DNA of 64,000 nt from Marsupella aquatica (Eukaryota > Plantae > Marchantiophyta). The position numbers and the translations under genes are program-made. This document shows positions 24,419-38,120 of this stretch, one piece after another. The number at the start of each line of letters is the position of its first letter. Position 1 is the first letter of the stretch. Under the pieces are notes generated by a model, which worked only from the letters and a program-made list of their open reading frames with translations, did not search any database and had not been told where the DNA came from. Location: NCBI GenBank assembly GCA_973895155.1, contig OZ316895.1, forward strand, positions 9,846,184 through 9,910,183. Reading direction: 5' to 3'.

Positions 24419-27413
24419 GATTATCTGGTCAGGAGCTGTTACTCAAGAGATGAGTGAAGTTCGGATGTCCGAGTTTTTTTCACGGCGATCGATCGTCTGC
24501 TAGCGGGAGTAACGAAATGAACCTGTGACCAAAAACCAGCACATCTAAAAGCTTCAATTCAGTGTAGGCTCGAAAATGTTCACAACCTGAAACTATATTT
24601 GACGTGTAACAACAGCGCTCAATTGCTGCAAATACTTCGAACATGGTCCACACGATCATCGAGAGCAAGTCTTCCAAACTCTATCGATCAATCGACCACC
24701 GCAAAACAAAAGCAATATCTGTGGTACTCCAACTTCAGTCATGAAAAACTAATCCGAGAGGAGAGCAAGAAAATTCGATCAAAATGCTCAGTCTGTGGCA
24801 CCAAAATGCGACGAAGGATCGAACTAAACATGAGCAAGTCTTCTGCAACATGCCAGTGAACGCACGAGAACAAAAAAATCACCTCTGATTGCACTGAAGA
24901 GAAGTAAACATCCAAGAAACGAAACACAGCTCCAAAAAGCTCACAGAGCAGTAGACTCACAAAGAACGGTGCGTCGAGTTCAGCGAGGCGATACGATTGC
25001 AATCTGATCAGACCCACATTCACATGTAGAGCTGTTTGTGTGGAATTGCTGTTCCGCAGATTGCCCATCCGGTTGCGTCAGCACAGCAGATTACGTGGCT
25101 CTCTTACTCGGCATGGCGGAATCCACGGCGGATAAGTACACTACTAATTGGAGCCGAAATCAGGATTATGCTTACTAGACCCCCTTTGGAAAAAGTTTGC
25201 TTAATGAAGCCCCTCTATATTTTTCCCCAATCTAATCTGAACCGTTGATGGACCTTTCAATCTCAGATCTGGGCAGTTTCATAGAGGTCGATCGAGTAAC
25301 AAGTTTCATTTTGAGAGTAAATCAAGCAAATAACTCAAGTCAAAATACACGGCAGATAAATACATTACTACTAAGTAAGTTAGATTCTTGAAAGAATGAA
25401 AGTTTTACCCGAAATACATTGCGGCTACGTATATGACTAATTATATCTCATTTATTTTTTGGAATTGAAGCCTGGATGGACCTTCACCTTTGATTTGGGG
25501 AGATGGATCCCTACCATTGATTTGGGGTGAACCATTCTTGGAAAGTCATTAATGGCCCTATGAGACTCTCCTTGCCCAGTTGCTGCCTAATATGTGTGCA
25601 AATGATCAGGATAACTACAAAGAATGAAACATGTGTTTTTGTCCCTTAGGCGGCTGTTGTGGTAGTAAGACTGTCTATGCATGGGATGGAGGTGCAGGGT
25701 TTGAAACTGCCTGGAGGCGCAATAGGGTAGTGATTTTGTCTTGGCCATAAAAACAATTTATGTCTCGAGTTGTAATTCAGTTACAGCCCTGCTTTGACAC
25801 TCCCTAATGCTTTTTACACATACCCCACCCAAAACTCTGGGGATTAGTCAAAGCTCTCCACACTTAAAAAAACCAAAAACTATACTAGTTTACTTCACCA
25901 TGGCAGCAAACTACTGGGGCAGCAAACGGGGGCAACAGAAAGTCCAATGTCATAAATGGCATTTCACGGACTCACCTCGTTGATTGAGTCACCTTTGCCA
26001 AATTGCTTGGATATATTTCATTTTTACAGCCAGAATGAACTCTAACAGAGTGCAACCAAAGAGTCGTTTCTTGTCACATCGATCTATCAAACTAAACACT
26101 GGTATCCAATCCCGCTCTTTTTCTCATGGTCTCTTTACAAAAGGTCATTCTGATGTTGAATCTGAAATCTAATGACGATGTCGGGAAATCGACGCTCAAA
26201 GCAACGAACGCAATAATAGCTGTACTAATCCCGCAGCAATTCATTGGCCTAATAAGAAAAATGGACGAATGCAGGGGCACTTGTGAATCATTCTGTTGGT
26301 CACGTGGAGAGAAGAAATCGATCGACGATGGTGGGAAATCGACGCAAGGATTCATCAATCGGGAAAATCGCGTCAACGATTCAAGAAATCAGACACCCAC
26401 AAGACCAGGCCATTATTTTTACTGCAGTAATTTTCTTTCGCCTTGTCGGGGACAAGAGGCCTCTTCATTTATTTACCGAGAGAAACACGACAGATCTTAA
26501 TTACTGTGCTAATACGACGAATTAGGTCACGGATAGGTGTCAATGAGGGCTGTCGATCTGAGGCGGGGATCGACGGACCCACGGAAAGGGGGTTGGTAGG
26601 TGGTAGGAACCAAATGGGCTGAGACATTTTGTACTACGGTGCTGAGTGTATGACGTGGTTGATGTGGTACGCGCAGTCGTGGTACGAAGAGTGACATGGA
26701 AAGAGTGTGCGCCAGTTTGCAGAAGGGTACGTGGACCATCTTGCACTTCCAGATGAACCTGTTGCCCATATTAAGACCCAACTCGCATGTGAAGGGTGGT
26801 CAAAAATTAGGCCATAAATTTCAGTTAAGTTGCCATTTGTATGGAGAGTTTTCTGCCACATCCCCCTCCTAAGCCAGGCCTAGCTGGTGCCAGTTTCTAT
26901 GGGGTAACATAGTTGTAATTTAAGAACCTGTCAATTCAGAACTCCGTCCAGAAGTCCTGAACAGATGTTATGCACCTAGACTGCATTGACTCAGGAAATT
27001 TCACCTGTCGTAATAGAATCGATTAGATATTTTTGTCGTAACAATTCAGGTTTACTGGGAAGGAGGATTACTAACTCCTGCTGTCAGTCCACCAAAACCA
27101 AATTAACAGGCCAAACTCCTACGGTGTATGCAGCCTGGATGCTAATTTCCTCCAGCTGAACTTCTACACTACTGACCACCAGGGATTTATTGCTACCTTT
27201 CACACAGGTCAGAAAGTGCGCACTCATTTTCTGACTTATTGTGTTGGTTTTGTTTTATCACAATGATTCGTTTTGGGCAGAATACAGAAAACGGGCTTAG
27301 GGGTTGTTCTCCCGCTCCTGAGCACAAGATCATAGCAAGGAAGAGATCTTACGCACAATCTAGCCAGGATACAACCTTAAATGTATAGTTGCAGTGAAGA
27401 TAGTAAATGATTG

Positions 27414-30400
27414 CTAGCGAGTGCGCTTGGACCAGCGGCGATACAAAAGATCTGTAACTTTCCCTCTTGAGCGGACCAACAAGGCTGAACCCAAAAGAGG
27501 AAAGGTTGTCACAAAAGCAACATACGCTAGGAGCCATACAGTTCTTCGATTCTGTGATCTCAGGCCTGCAAAGTCTCTCATCAGGTTCGGATGCCCTGAT
27601 GGATCTGCTCTGATCTGACTGGGATGGTTTTGACTTTGCTCACTGGAAGATGCCCCAGTTCTCTTGTCGGTAGAATCATCGCTTACAAGAAGAACATTTG
27701 TGGCCTCCACACCGTTACCAAAGTCTGCAACAACAGATCCACTGACGGGTACTTCGATAGTTCGAGATTGATCAGCGGCCGTGTGCGTGGCATTCGAAGT
27801 TGGATTGGATCCATTTTTAGGAGCCTCTTCCACACTCGAAGACGATAGTGGAACCTGACAAGAAGAGGTAGTGGAACCTGACAAGAAGACGGTAGTGGAA
27901 CCGGACAAGAAGACTTGGAGACAATTGCCTCATACGGCGCTTCTTACAATGATTTGAGGCTCACCAGCCTGAGTGTACTAAAATTCTAAGTGCATCACGT
28001 ATATCCTAGGCTGGCAATACGATGACCATTAAAGTAAAAACCCAGTTTGGGTCCCATCATTTTTTAACCTGATCTAGAAGTTGTGACAGAGCCGACCGGA
28101 GAGCAGCAACTTCTGCAGAACTACGCAAATGGAGAGTAACAGATCGATGGCCTTCTAGCTGCACATCTGTGGAAATAGGTCGATCTCCAATATCATTTGC
28201 TGCAACGTTGCGAGTGCTCGTCTGAAATGTTTGGACATCGGGTCTGTATGATGGCTGTTCATAATCCTCGGTGCCTACACCATTATCATCTCGACCCAAT
28301 GCTACAGAGTTATCTTGAGCCACATTAGATCCTTGATCCATTGGGCCCTTCTTCCTTTGGGAAAATTCTATGTCGGGCTTTGACAGTTGATTCTTGGTTT
28401 CTTGAGCGACACGGAAAAACCCCCCATCGTATCCAGAATCCTGAGCAGCTACTCGAAGACTCTTGGTCATGGTCAAAAAGGGTCCCTGGTCAATATTTGC
28501 TCCCGACTTCGTGGGAGGAACACTACTCACCTGTAAAAAAAAACACATGTCCTGCTTCATATTTCACATTTCAACTAAGTTATGTACACACCTATTAAGA
28601 GAAAGTGCTCTGGAAAGTCAAAGATTGTAAACCATGTTAGTATAAATAATAACTTACATCGTTTTGGTGGTGCACGAGAGAGCTAGAAAGAAGAACCCTT
28701 GCAAATTCTGTTGAAGCTCGAACCCACCTGAGAAGACAAAGAGATATCACTAGTAGGTGAGCTTCTCACGGCTTCGTTGAAAGAGCAAGACACCATCCAA
28801 AGACTAAAGGCTTCCACCTCGAATCTCGTATGTACAAAGAACAACATCACCATCTAATTTCTTACACTGAGACCAAGATTTTGAATTCAAGTCAGATCTC
28901 GTCTGGTCGCTTCATCTTGGCTTAGTTCATGGGTTGGAGCCTCTTTTGAGGAACAGTCCAATCATGCACATTTCTGTTGCTAATCGTTATTTCAGAAACG
29001 ATCTCGTTTGGAATGATCCAGCTGTCGAGGATTAATTTTATCGTACTGGCGTTTAATTTCTAAGATTTGACGGGGCACCTGCAACGTACGCTCCGGCCAA
29101 TACGTATATGGTACGGTTTGAATTTGAAGTCGAGGGAGATGTGGTCAAGTTCGTTACAGCAGCCCTTTTATGTTGAGGCATGCATGTTAATGTAAGATGT
29201 TTTGTAAGTGCACCCAAATTTATCCAATTGTCTGAAACTGGGAACAACGAAGCTCCACCCACCCCATTTATCCACGAGGTCTACTAATTTCAAGTGCTGC
29301 GGTAGCTGAATATTACCATATGCTGGTGGCATCATAACCTTCATAATAAGCAAGGTGGCCTCCATGCCCTGTGACTCCTAAAATGATATTGGGGTTCAGC
29401 CTGCACAAAAATTCAATCTCATAAGCCAAGTATGCATCCTGGAACAGATGCTTATAAGCTGACCACAGGGCTACTATTCACTTGTGTGCAATGAATGACA
29501 AAGCTGCAGTATATCACGACGTTGAGTTTTCAGACGACATACCTGCACTCGTCATATGGAATGGCCTCTTTAGTACAGATGGGATCATCCTCGGCACTTA
29601 TACAAAGAAGAGGAACAGCAATCGATTCTACAAATAGACTGCTACTACAATGCCGGTAATATGTATCCACAGTCTGCAATCAAGAAAACCCGGACTCTTC
29701 GATCAAGTTCTGTAAGCAAAGACTTTTTCGTCAACGAGCGGAAGTGAGATATTCTCAAGGTTTTCATATGCCCTTACAAAGTACATTTTTGATCTCAAAA
29801 TTTGGTCGGTCAGATTTGTGTGACTAATGAATAGGAATTCGTAAAAGAAGTGATGGGGTTGGGATGGTAAAAATTTCGTGAACTGTTATTTTTGGCCCTA
29901 AGCTAACTTTTATGCGAGACAGATTTGTTTGAGTGATCTAGAGACACGTCGAAAGTGGCAAACAATTTCATTCAAGGTGACAAGGGTAGCAATGATAAAA
30001 GGAGTTCTCTTCCTGATATTTCTTCGCCAACTAACCTCATATTTGCCCACGTGTCGAGTAATGGCGTCGTCAAACTCTCTTATACTATTTGCCTGTTCCA
30101 CACAAACGAAACAGAGCAAATATTGTTAGTTTTAGGACACCTGAACTTTCTAATTTTTTTCCCTGTGTCTGAACACAATAGATTATGAGTTTGAACATTA
30201 ACAAAGAATAGCCTTGCGAACTGCTACAATAGCATTTGGAGATATAACTCTTAGACGTTCAGCGGGTGTAGTATACAACAACTTTCATGTAAATAGAGTC
30301 GGAGTTCAAACAAGGCCACTTTGTTGCGGGAAGCTGGGAAAACCAAGACAAACCTTCTTAACGAGGTCCCAGTCTGCCATGCGTGAAACAGCAGTTTGAT

Positions 30401-33400
30401 GCCTGCAAGAAATTAAAAAAAGTAAGAATACTTGAATATGCCAAACCAAGAACTTACTATAGGTATACAGCTCAACAGGAGTTGCTTACAATGACGCGTA
30501 CTGCTGAAGACCAAAGGCCAACGCCTTACAGTAGAGAAACTGTACGCCTACTCTAGAAAAGAATCTGTCACAAACCTGCAAAAAACGGTATTCGTCAAAA
30601 TCTGCCACTGCGCATAACATGAATTCTTTGCCAATTCACATTCAAATCAACTCTGTTTCAGTGTACGAAGACATAAGACGCTGCATACATAATTTTTTCA
30701 TCTAAAGCCATGGTGGATTAAAATTCATTCGCAAAATTCTTCAAATCCTACCAGCAGATCCCATGGACAGCAAATTGCAACTGCGCCGCCAAGAGGACAT
30801 CTTGGCCCCTCTTCACCAAGATACTTAACCTGCAAGTAACAGTCTCTCGATTAGGAGAACGGCAAGGACAAGGGTGAACTTTGTCTCCGCAATTATGTGT
30901 ATGGATGATGTTGACAATAATATTAACAACTGCACCTTATAAAGAAAAGTTGTAATGCATTGAATGATACAGGCAACCAAAAGATTCGTGCACTACACTG
31001 GGAAACATCGGGCGTCTTCCAAAAAGAAACCAGATGTAGAGCCATCTGGCGCCAATGCCACCAGAGTCGAATTTGGTTCTGCATGACAGGTGGAGAAACC
31101 TCCACCGGCTAAGAAAGAAAACTTTGGGTGCGGCAATCCAAATGCAAACAGATCACTACAAAGTAATTTACCAAAATGTTTGCTCCAATGCTGGTCCCAA
31201 TGGCTAGAAGAGGTGATTTTGGATATGTTTGCTTCACAAGAAGAATGATTTTTCGCAGGTCCTCTGTCCATCCTGCATTGTAGAATTGATCTGACTGTCA
31301 CCATCAAGAACAACACTTTCATGAGCAGACCAACGCTCCCGATCACAAACTAATCGTTCTTCGAAAGTCTAACATTGTCGTCTCATACTGAAAATGTACC
31401 TTTGATTTGTAGGCAAACTCTGACATCTTCGATCATTGAAAACTTACTTTACAAATTCCAAACTTTCAAAGAAGCAATTGTCCATAGGAACTCACAGTAA
31501 TGGAAACCCCGCCCAGACCCCTGTGATTCGCAATCAGAACTCGCCATCCATTGTCAGAACAGCTCTTAGCAACATGCTTGATGTACTGTTCACACAAATG
31601 ACAGTAAGGATTCAGACCAGGAAATTTGATGACTTGAGGCGCGAAATGCAGTCCAGAACGGTGGAAGAACTTGTATCATTTCACTGAAGTCCGCATTTTA
31701 CATTACTATTTCTTTAATAAAACAAGTGAAAACAAAACATGTGCAAGCGAATAGCCAATAAGCTAAAATCGTGAGCATTTGAGCCATACATGGTCAGAAG
31801 AGTCACTTGTAAGACCAGGAACAATGAAAACAATGGGTGTCTCGTCTAAGGCTGAATCTTCCCGCCTGCTGTCACCAAGCTTATCTACAGAGACTGCCAA
31901 AACATCTGGTTAAAGTGGAAGGAGTGATACGTATCTGCTTATGGCAAGTAAATTACGAGACAACAGAGGTAAATTAAAATTTCAGACTGGGCTAAGCCTC
32001 GCAGCATCTAAGCTCGTATTCTGACCATCAACGAGGTCAGAGTGAATACAAGTGACGTAGAACCCAAAGTCTCTGTCCCTGCTGTACGACGATTTACCTC
32101 AGGTTGCAACTGATCAGAGCATTCAACGAGGTTGAATACAATCATTTCTAAGGCATTATGGAAATAGGGCCAGAGAAGGTTTAAGGAGCCTTACATGTAG
32201 GTGACTTGACCCAATCCAGGGCTATAGTACCACCATCCGAAGTTATGTACAACTGCCTGTAAATTGGGGGTGCACATACTCAGATCTCCTTTATAAAAAC
32301 ATTCAACGTTTGCTCTTACTGAAAACGCAATAAGGGTTTTCCAGACTGGAAAGAACATACCGCTGATATTCGACTGCAGGAGACCTCCCGACAAAATGCA
32401 GGAAAAGAGTCTGCAGATGTGGGCTGCAAAGCCATGGTGTTGGCCAGTACCTACAACAATGGGACGAGGAAGTTTAATGCTAGGGATCACTAACCAACAT
32501 TAAAAAATGCAGATATCGGCTCCACCATTCGACAGCTCTGTGGTGGCAGTTCTAAAATGTTACATTTATCTGTATGAGACATCTCCGTGCAAAATCAACG
32601 AGACTGACACCCATATTCACAGATCAAGAACAAATGTATCTGATTGGCAATGATCTAGTCACACAGGCCACTCTAAGCCGTCTGTGAGCTTGAACGAATG
32701 AGCTTACTGAAGCTCTTCGTGACAATGAGGGAAAGGGAGCTGGACAACACGCAAAACAACTGAACAAACCTTTCACAATGTTTCTGATGGGTCATGCTAA
32801 AATTTTGAAACGTGAGATGCAATACACTCAATTGTCCTATTGCAGCTACGTTACTTTACGCGGAATTGGAATATAAGTTGTAGCTTATATCACCGCATAC
32901 ACACAAGGTAAGTTGACAAAGAGGTGTAATACTCCAATTGTGTTCGACTATACAGCTAATAAATCATTGAGTAGACAGTCTATGGTAACTAAACGGCTGA
33001 GCAAAACCATTTTAAGGGCAGGAGCGACTGAAAGGTCCTTCATATGACTAATTACAAAGCCTTCAAGGCCACGGTATACCTGCCTTTGTTAACTACTCAA
33101 TGTCAGTGTCTCTAGTTGCAGCTTACTGATGCCCACGTGAGCAGGAGAGAATTTGCAAGAATTGCCGTGGTCAATTTTCGTAAGCTGGAAGCATTTACTA
33201 AACTTTTGCTTTGGGGTGTTCCAAATTGTCAACAATTATTCCAGAAATATATTTTCAGCTAACCACAAACCTGTTGCCCTCCTGACGTAGTCTTTATTCG
33301 AAATGGGCACGACTTAATGTGCTCATTTTACGAAGGAAAACATATCAGTGACTAGACTGTCCTCTTCCACTCCATCCCGGCTCCCTATGCTGGAGATAGG

Positions 33401-33799
33401 ACAATCTGCAATTAAGCTCAACATTGCAGACTATTTCACCAGCACTCATGTAACTTAGATATTGTAACGAAAATTCCAAACTAATGGGACGCAAGCAGAT
33501 ACGGGGTTTCACCTCTTTTTAAGAATCTCGCATTTGGCTACAAGACGAGCGGACACCGGCGACTTCCGATCGTAGTAGAGATCAACGGCATCGCCCTTCC
33601 ATCCGCGCAAGACATCCCCGACGATGTGAATGTCGAGAATGCAATACACAAACACTGTAGACAGCGCAACCATGAGCAGAACATAATCCGAGGTCGACAG
33701 GATCGCCCCTGCAAAGAACCACCTCTGCAATCCGAGGCCGGGCGGTGCCTCGAATGTCTCGTAGTTCCTGCTCACAGCTCCCACTAAAGTCGCTGCCAT
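27414..33799 (-). CDS. EMB8/ABHD-family alpha/beta-hydrolase, ~15 coding exons
   Basis: Exons encode YWPTPWLCSPHLQTLF (~32450), DGGTIALDW (~32230), IVPGLTSDS (~31810), NHRGLGG (~31520), FYNAGWTED...GTSIGANIL nucleophile (~31200), SAEDDPIC (~29585), GGHLAYYEG (~29355) and a C-terminal TM WLLAYVAFVTTFPLLGSALL. Last exon is 27854-27414. Confidence 0.93.
27845..27915 (-). repeat. 23-24-bp triplication spanning the final splice acceptor of the hydrolase
   Basis: (G)TCTTCTTGTC(A/C)GGTTCCACTA occurs three times on the - strand. Confidence 0.9.
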
Positions 33800-34431
33800 G
33801 CCGTACTTGCAGAAGCACCTGAATTCCCCTTCAACAGCAAATGCCTCGAGACAGGGACACCACAATTTCCAGTAATCCAACTCCTTCAACAGCACGCTGC
33901 ACAACACTCCACGCAACTATGGGATCTCAATGGACCTGCTCAACAATCCACCTTACTCCTCGCTCTCTCTTGCAAGCCTCCTACAACTACATTCGCAGCT
34001 GCATGTCTCATAGAGTTAGAACATGACTCTGCACCCAATCGTTCGCAATTGTTCGCCTCCCTCCTATCTCCTTGGACGCAGACTTAGGACGTTGAAAGGC
34101 CCACAGTGGAGGACAATGTCAGTAATTTCCCGACAACTATTGATCGATCAACAGACTCGGCCTGTGAGTGCATTGGTACAATTCCAATCCCCATCGCAAC
34201 CTGGCCTCCCATTTGTTAACCAACACAACGCATCGGAAACGGCTAGACAAGACTGAACTGACAAACTACCGTACCTTTCGACACTGAGCTCCAAAAATCG
34301 GCCATCATCAACCAATTGCCCGATGATTCATGGAAAAAGAATTGCCTCCAGCACGAGATACTCTGCAGGCAAACTGGCAGTTCCTCCGGCAATGTTGTGC
34401 TCCGAACGCAGAAGCAGCAGAAGCAGCAGCA

Positions 34432-34456
34432 GGAGGAGGAGGAGGAGGAGGAGGAG
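34432..34456. repeat. (GGA)n microsatellite in the probable 5'UTR of the hydrolase gene
   Basis: ggaggaggagga... run preceded by gcagcagaa repeats. Confidence 0.85.
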
Positions 34457-35239
34457 CAGGAGTCAGCGGGATGTCAATTCCCATTCCCTGAGACCGCCTG
34501 CTTCGAGCTTCAGAAACCATTCCTCCGGCGCTTCTTATGTAGTCTCTGGCGTTCGGGCTCCGCAAGCCCGAGCATCTCTCCAAGCTCTGTTCGTATGTGC
34601 TTTTGGCAGGTCCAATTGATCGAGACGAGTGATGGATCTTTGTTTCGGTGGAGGCGACAGACGAAGCCGTCAAACGACGACGACGACGAAGCTCGAGCTC
34701 GTCTTGTAGCTCGTGGACACTATCGTTGATTCTGGGTCCTGAGTTTCATTATTGTCGATAATATGGCCATAATCGCTTTACAGGAGCTACAAGACAAGAC
34801 ATGACAAGACAAAACAAGACAAGAGTATACAACTAGCTTACTTTTTAGGTGCCCATTTTAGCCAAATTCCACCTCCCCAAAAAGTGTGGCTACAAGTGTT
34901 CACCATTTTTGGCTGAAATTCACCAGATTCTTTGTATGCTGTTTGCCACTCTCACACCAAATCGTGGACCCCATTTGCCAGAATCTAATGGTAGTCCATA
35001 ACTCCCCATTTGCCCAGAATCTAATGGTAGTCCATAACTCTAGGCATATCTGACTATCAGAATATAATATAGGAATAACTGATAAAGAATATTTGTAGCA
35101 TCTCCCTCCCTCAGCGGTTCACGTTAGCCACAGGCTAAAAACAAAACACCTTGAAAAATAGGATGGATAGGACCCTGTGTTCGAGATTTTTTAGGACCAT
35201 GAATGATGGAGTGCGTTCTCCAACTTTTTGTTCATTTCT

Positions 35240-37100
35240 TTTCAATTTATTCATTAGTATATTTATTTGGTTTTTCCATTCCATTCCAACTTATTTTAAC
35301 TCATTAGTTTTGGGGTTGCGGAGAAAGCAAGGAAAGAGTAAAGAAGGTGGTAATCTTGAAAAAGAAAAGGGCATTTTCCTTTTTCATTTCAATGAAACAA
35401 AAGCCTGGATGGACCGACATTGTCCTTGCCCATCCCCATGGAGTGCGTAAAGCAATTGTCACTTTTACACCAAAAAGAAAAATGAACCAGTCGCGGATCA
35501 TAGTTGATGACTTTGATTGCCTTGGGGAGAAAGTAGTCAAGATGTCATGGTGATCCTGAGTAGTGACATGGTTGTTAGGTATTGCTCTTAGTCTTGTGAC
35601 TCTTGAGTTAACCACAATTAGGCTAACACAGGTTAGGACTTAGCTAAGGTTAGCAGTAGTGTTGTTGTGTATACAGCCAGGGCTGGTGCCAATCCCTAGT
35701 GGATCTTCAGTTCATTGTTGGAGTTGAGCAACAGAGAAGTAAAGGTCTCTTGCTTTCCCGTGGACGTAACCTCGGTCGTCATGAGGTGAACCACGTACTC
35801 GTTGTGTCAACTACTTTGTATGGTACGTGTTCTCATGTGCATGGTGTCTCGGGATAAGGATTATCCCCAACAATGGTGTCTTGACTTCTTTCAGTTTCAA
35901 GGTTGTCAAGTCATCAAGTTACCAAGGACACCAATTTGGTAATGTAATTGAAACTGACTCCAAATGGTAAGGAGACTGTTGACAGGTCCCATTTCAGTCA
36001 AAAGTAGTGTTATCTGAGTCAATGTAAATGTTCTGAGCAATTCCATCAAAGCTTTGCCAGTCCACCTGGGCTTCATAGACAAAGTAGACGTCCATCCGAG
36101 CTTTAGTTTACATTTCAATTTATTCATTAGTTCACATATTTGGTTTTTCCATTTCATTTGGGCTTTCTATTCTATTTCTTTTTGGTTGCGGAGAAAGCGA
36201 GGAAAGACAAAAGGTGGTCATAATCTATTTTTAAAAAGGCAATACAAAGTACAATGAAGTGGTTTCAAATCAGATCCAAAGTGGATAAACACCAAAGAAG
36301 GGTATTTCTTGGGTTTTTCCATTTCATTCCCAACTTATTCTGTTCATTTGTTTTTCCAATGCGAGAAAGCAAGGAAAGGTTCATCTTACTTATAAAATGT
36401 CAACTACAAGCTAGATTTGGGACCTAAACTTCCAGAGTGAAGCCTCTAGACCCAGGTCTAGACCATAACTCCATGGCCCACCATGTGGATGGGGAAACTC
36501 ATGGCTATGATGTATGTTAAATGATAATCATGCATGTTTTCTGTCATGATTTCTATTCACATTCAAAAAATAGGTTTTATGGCCCCACCATAACATATGT
36601 GCATAGAAAAAAGGGGTGTGCATAGAAAGGAGGATGGTATGTTATGTATGATTATTAAAATGATGACATGCATGATGGTTTTTTTTATCATTTGATTAAC
36701 GTTTTCAAAGAATATGAATAGTGAATATATTTTGGTGACACTTTTATTGTCCTCTCCGCTATTCACGTTCAAAGAAGGGGTAGTTGGGGCTAGTAGTCTT
36801 AAAAAAGTAAAGGGCAAAGCAAAGTAGAATGAAAGGGAAAACAAAAGAGATCCAAGACCATAAACACCATTTTTTCATTTCATTCCAACTTATTTAAATT
36901 CATTTCTTTTTGGGTTGGGGAGAAAGCAAGGAAAGAGAAAAAATGGTGATCATCTCCCCAAAAAAGGGCAAAGCAAAGTATAATGAAGGGAAAGCAAAAG
37001 AGATCCAAAGCATAAATATAAGCACCAAACACTAAAGAAGCAATGTAAATCCCTGAAATCTTGAAATAGCAAAAAGAAAAACAGGAAACCAAAGTATCCT
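35240..37100. repeat. Locally dispersed AT-rich repeat family (about 4 copies)
   Basis: TTTTTCCATT(T/C)CATT...GCG(G)AGAAAGC(A/G)AGGAAAG recurs near 35270, 36145, 36315 and 36875. Confidence 0.7.
35501..35872 (+). mobile_element. Copia-like solo LTR (copy 1)
   Basis: Starts (TA)GTTGATGAC, contains CCCGTGGACGTAACC...GGTGAACCACGTA (typical Copia LTR motif), ends CCCAACA. Homologous to 37733-38120. Confidence 0.55.
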
Positions 37101-37732
37101 TCAATGACATCTTGAATATAAAGCCAGGATGGACCAGGCAATAGTTGTGAAGCCCGATGGACTTCCAGAGCTCTGATGGAAGTACTCAAAAACTTCTAAA
37201 AATGTTCAGATGACACCTTTAATTTGCAGTTTCAACTTAAAAGCAACCTGTAAATGAGAGGACACAAAACATCTAAAATGTTTGGATAACACCTTTTGCA
37301 GCTTCAACTTAAAAGCAACCTGTAAATGGGCTCTTGACTGTGCAACCGGTTTACCTTGTATTGAGTAGCTGCTCGTGCCCAAACTACTCAGGGCATCCAT
37401 CACAAACTGAAAAATCATTCCCAAAGTCCAAATTCATTGTATTTGACTGAAGGGTCTTAGTTTTCACGAAAGTGAATCCATTGACAGTCTCTTCAGAAAT
37501 GGAGAAAATTTTCAAAATTTGTCGGTCAATAGATTAAAGATCAGAGAATAGACTAGGAATTTTTTTAAATTAACAATAAATTCATAAGTTGTATGAATAA
37601 ATACACAAGTCTATCAAAAACCAGCAGTTTATAGTGGTTGGGGTGCCTAGAAAAACTACTTAGAGCATCCTTGTCAAAAGTAAAATGTCCTTCCAAAAGC
37701 AGCCAGCCACTTGTTAGTTCTAGTGTAAATGG

Positions 37733-38120
37733 TGTTGATGACATTATGTGTTAGGAAGTTTCTCTTAAGTCTAGAGTTATTATGTAATTGTAGCTTTCGA
37801 GCCCAATTCAGGTGCTTCGTTCCAGTCAGATGTGCTACTAACTACTATATTCACTATGTGTACTAGATAGTGAGTGGAATTTAGCAGGCTCATTGTTATC
37901 GAGTCAGCTAGAGTTGCAAAGAGCTAAGTTTGTGAAGACTCGGTATGACAAACGGCTTAAAGTTCAGTAAAGTTTGAATCTTTGTGTGTTCTCATGGATG
38001 TAGCCTCTAGTGAGATGAACCTTGTATGTAGTGTGTCAACTACTTGTGCGTATGTTGGATGTAAGTACGTTGCACATGTGCATGTTGTCTTAATGTGAGT
38101 AGTAGTAAGTTTACTCAACA
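37733..38120 (+). mobile_element. Copia-like solo LTR (copy 2)
   Basis: TGTTGATGAC...CATGGATGTAGCC...GATGAACCTTGTA...GTGTCAACTACTT...CATGTGCATG...TCAACA, with TG..CA ends. No clear TSD. Confidence 0.55.

Noticed and set aside
34308-34729. Poly-Pro / poly-Glu / poly-Arg ORFs
   Set aside because: All derive from the (GGA)n microsatellite in a probable 5'UTR; a uORF role cannot be supported from sequence alone.
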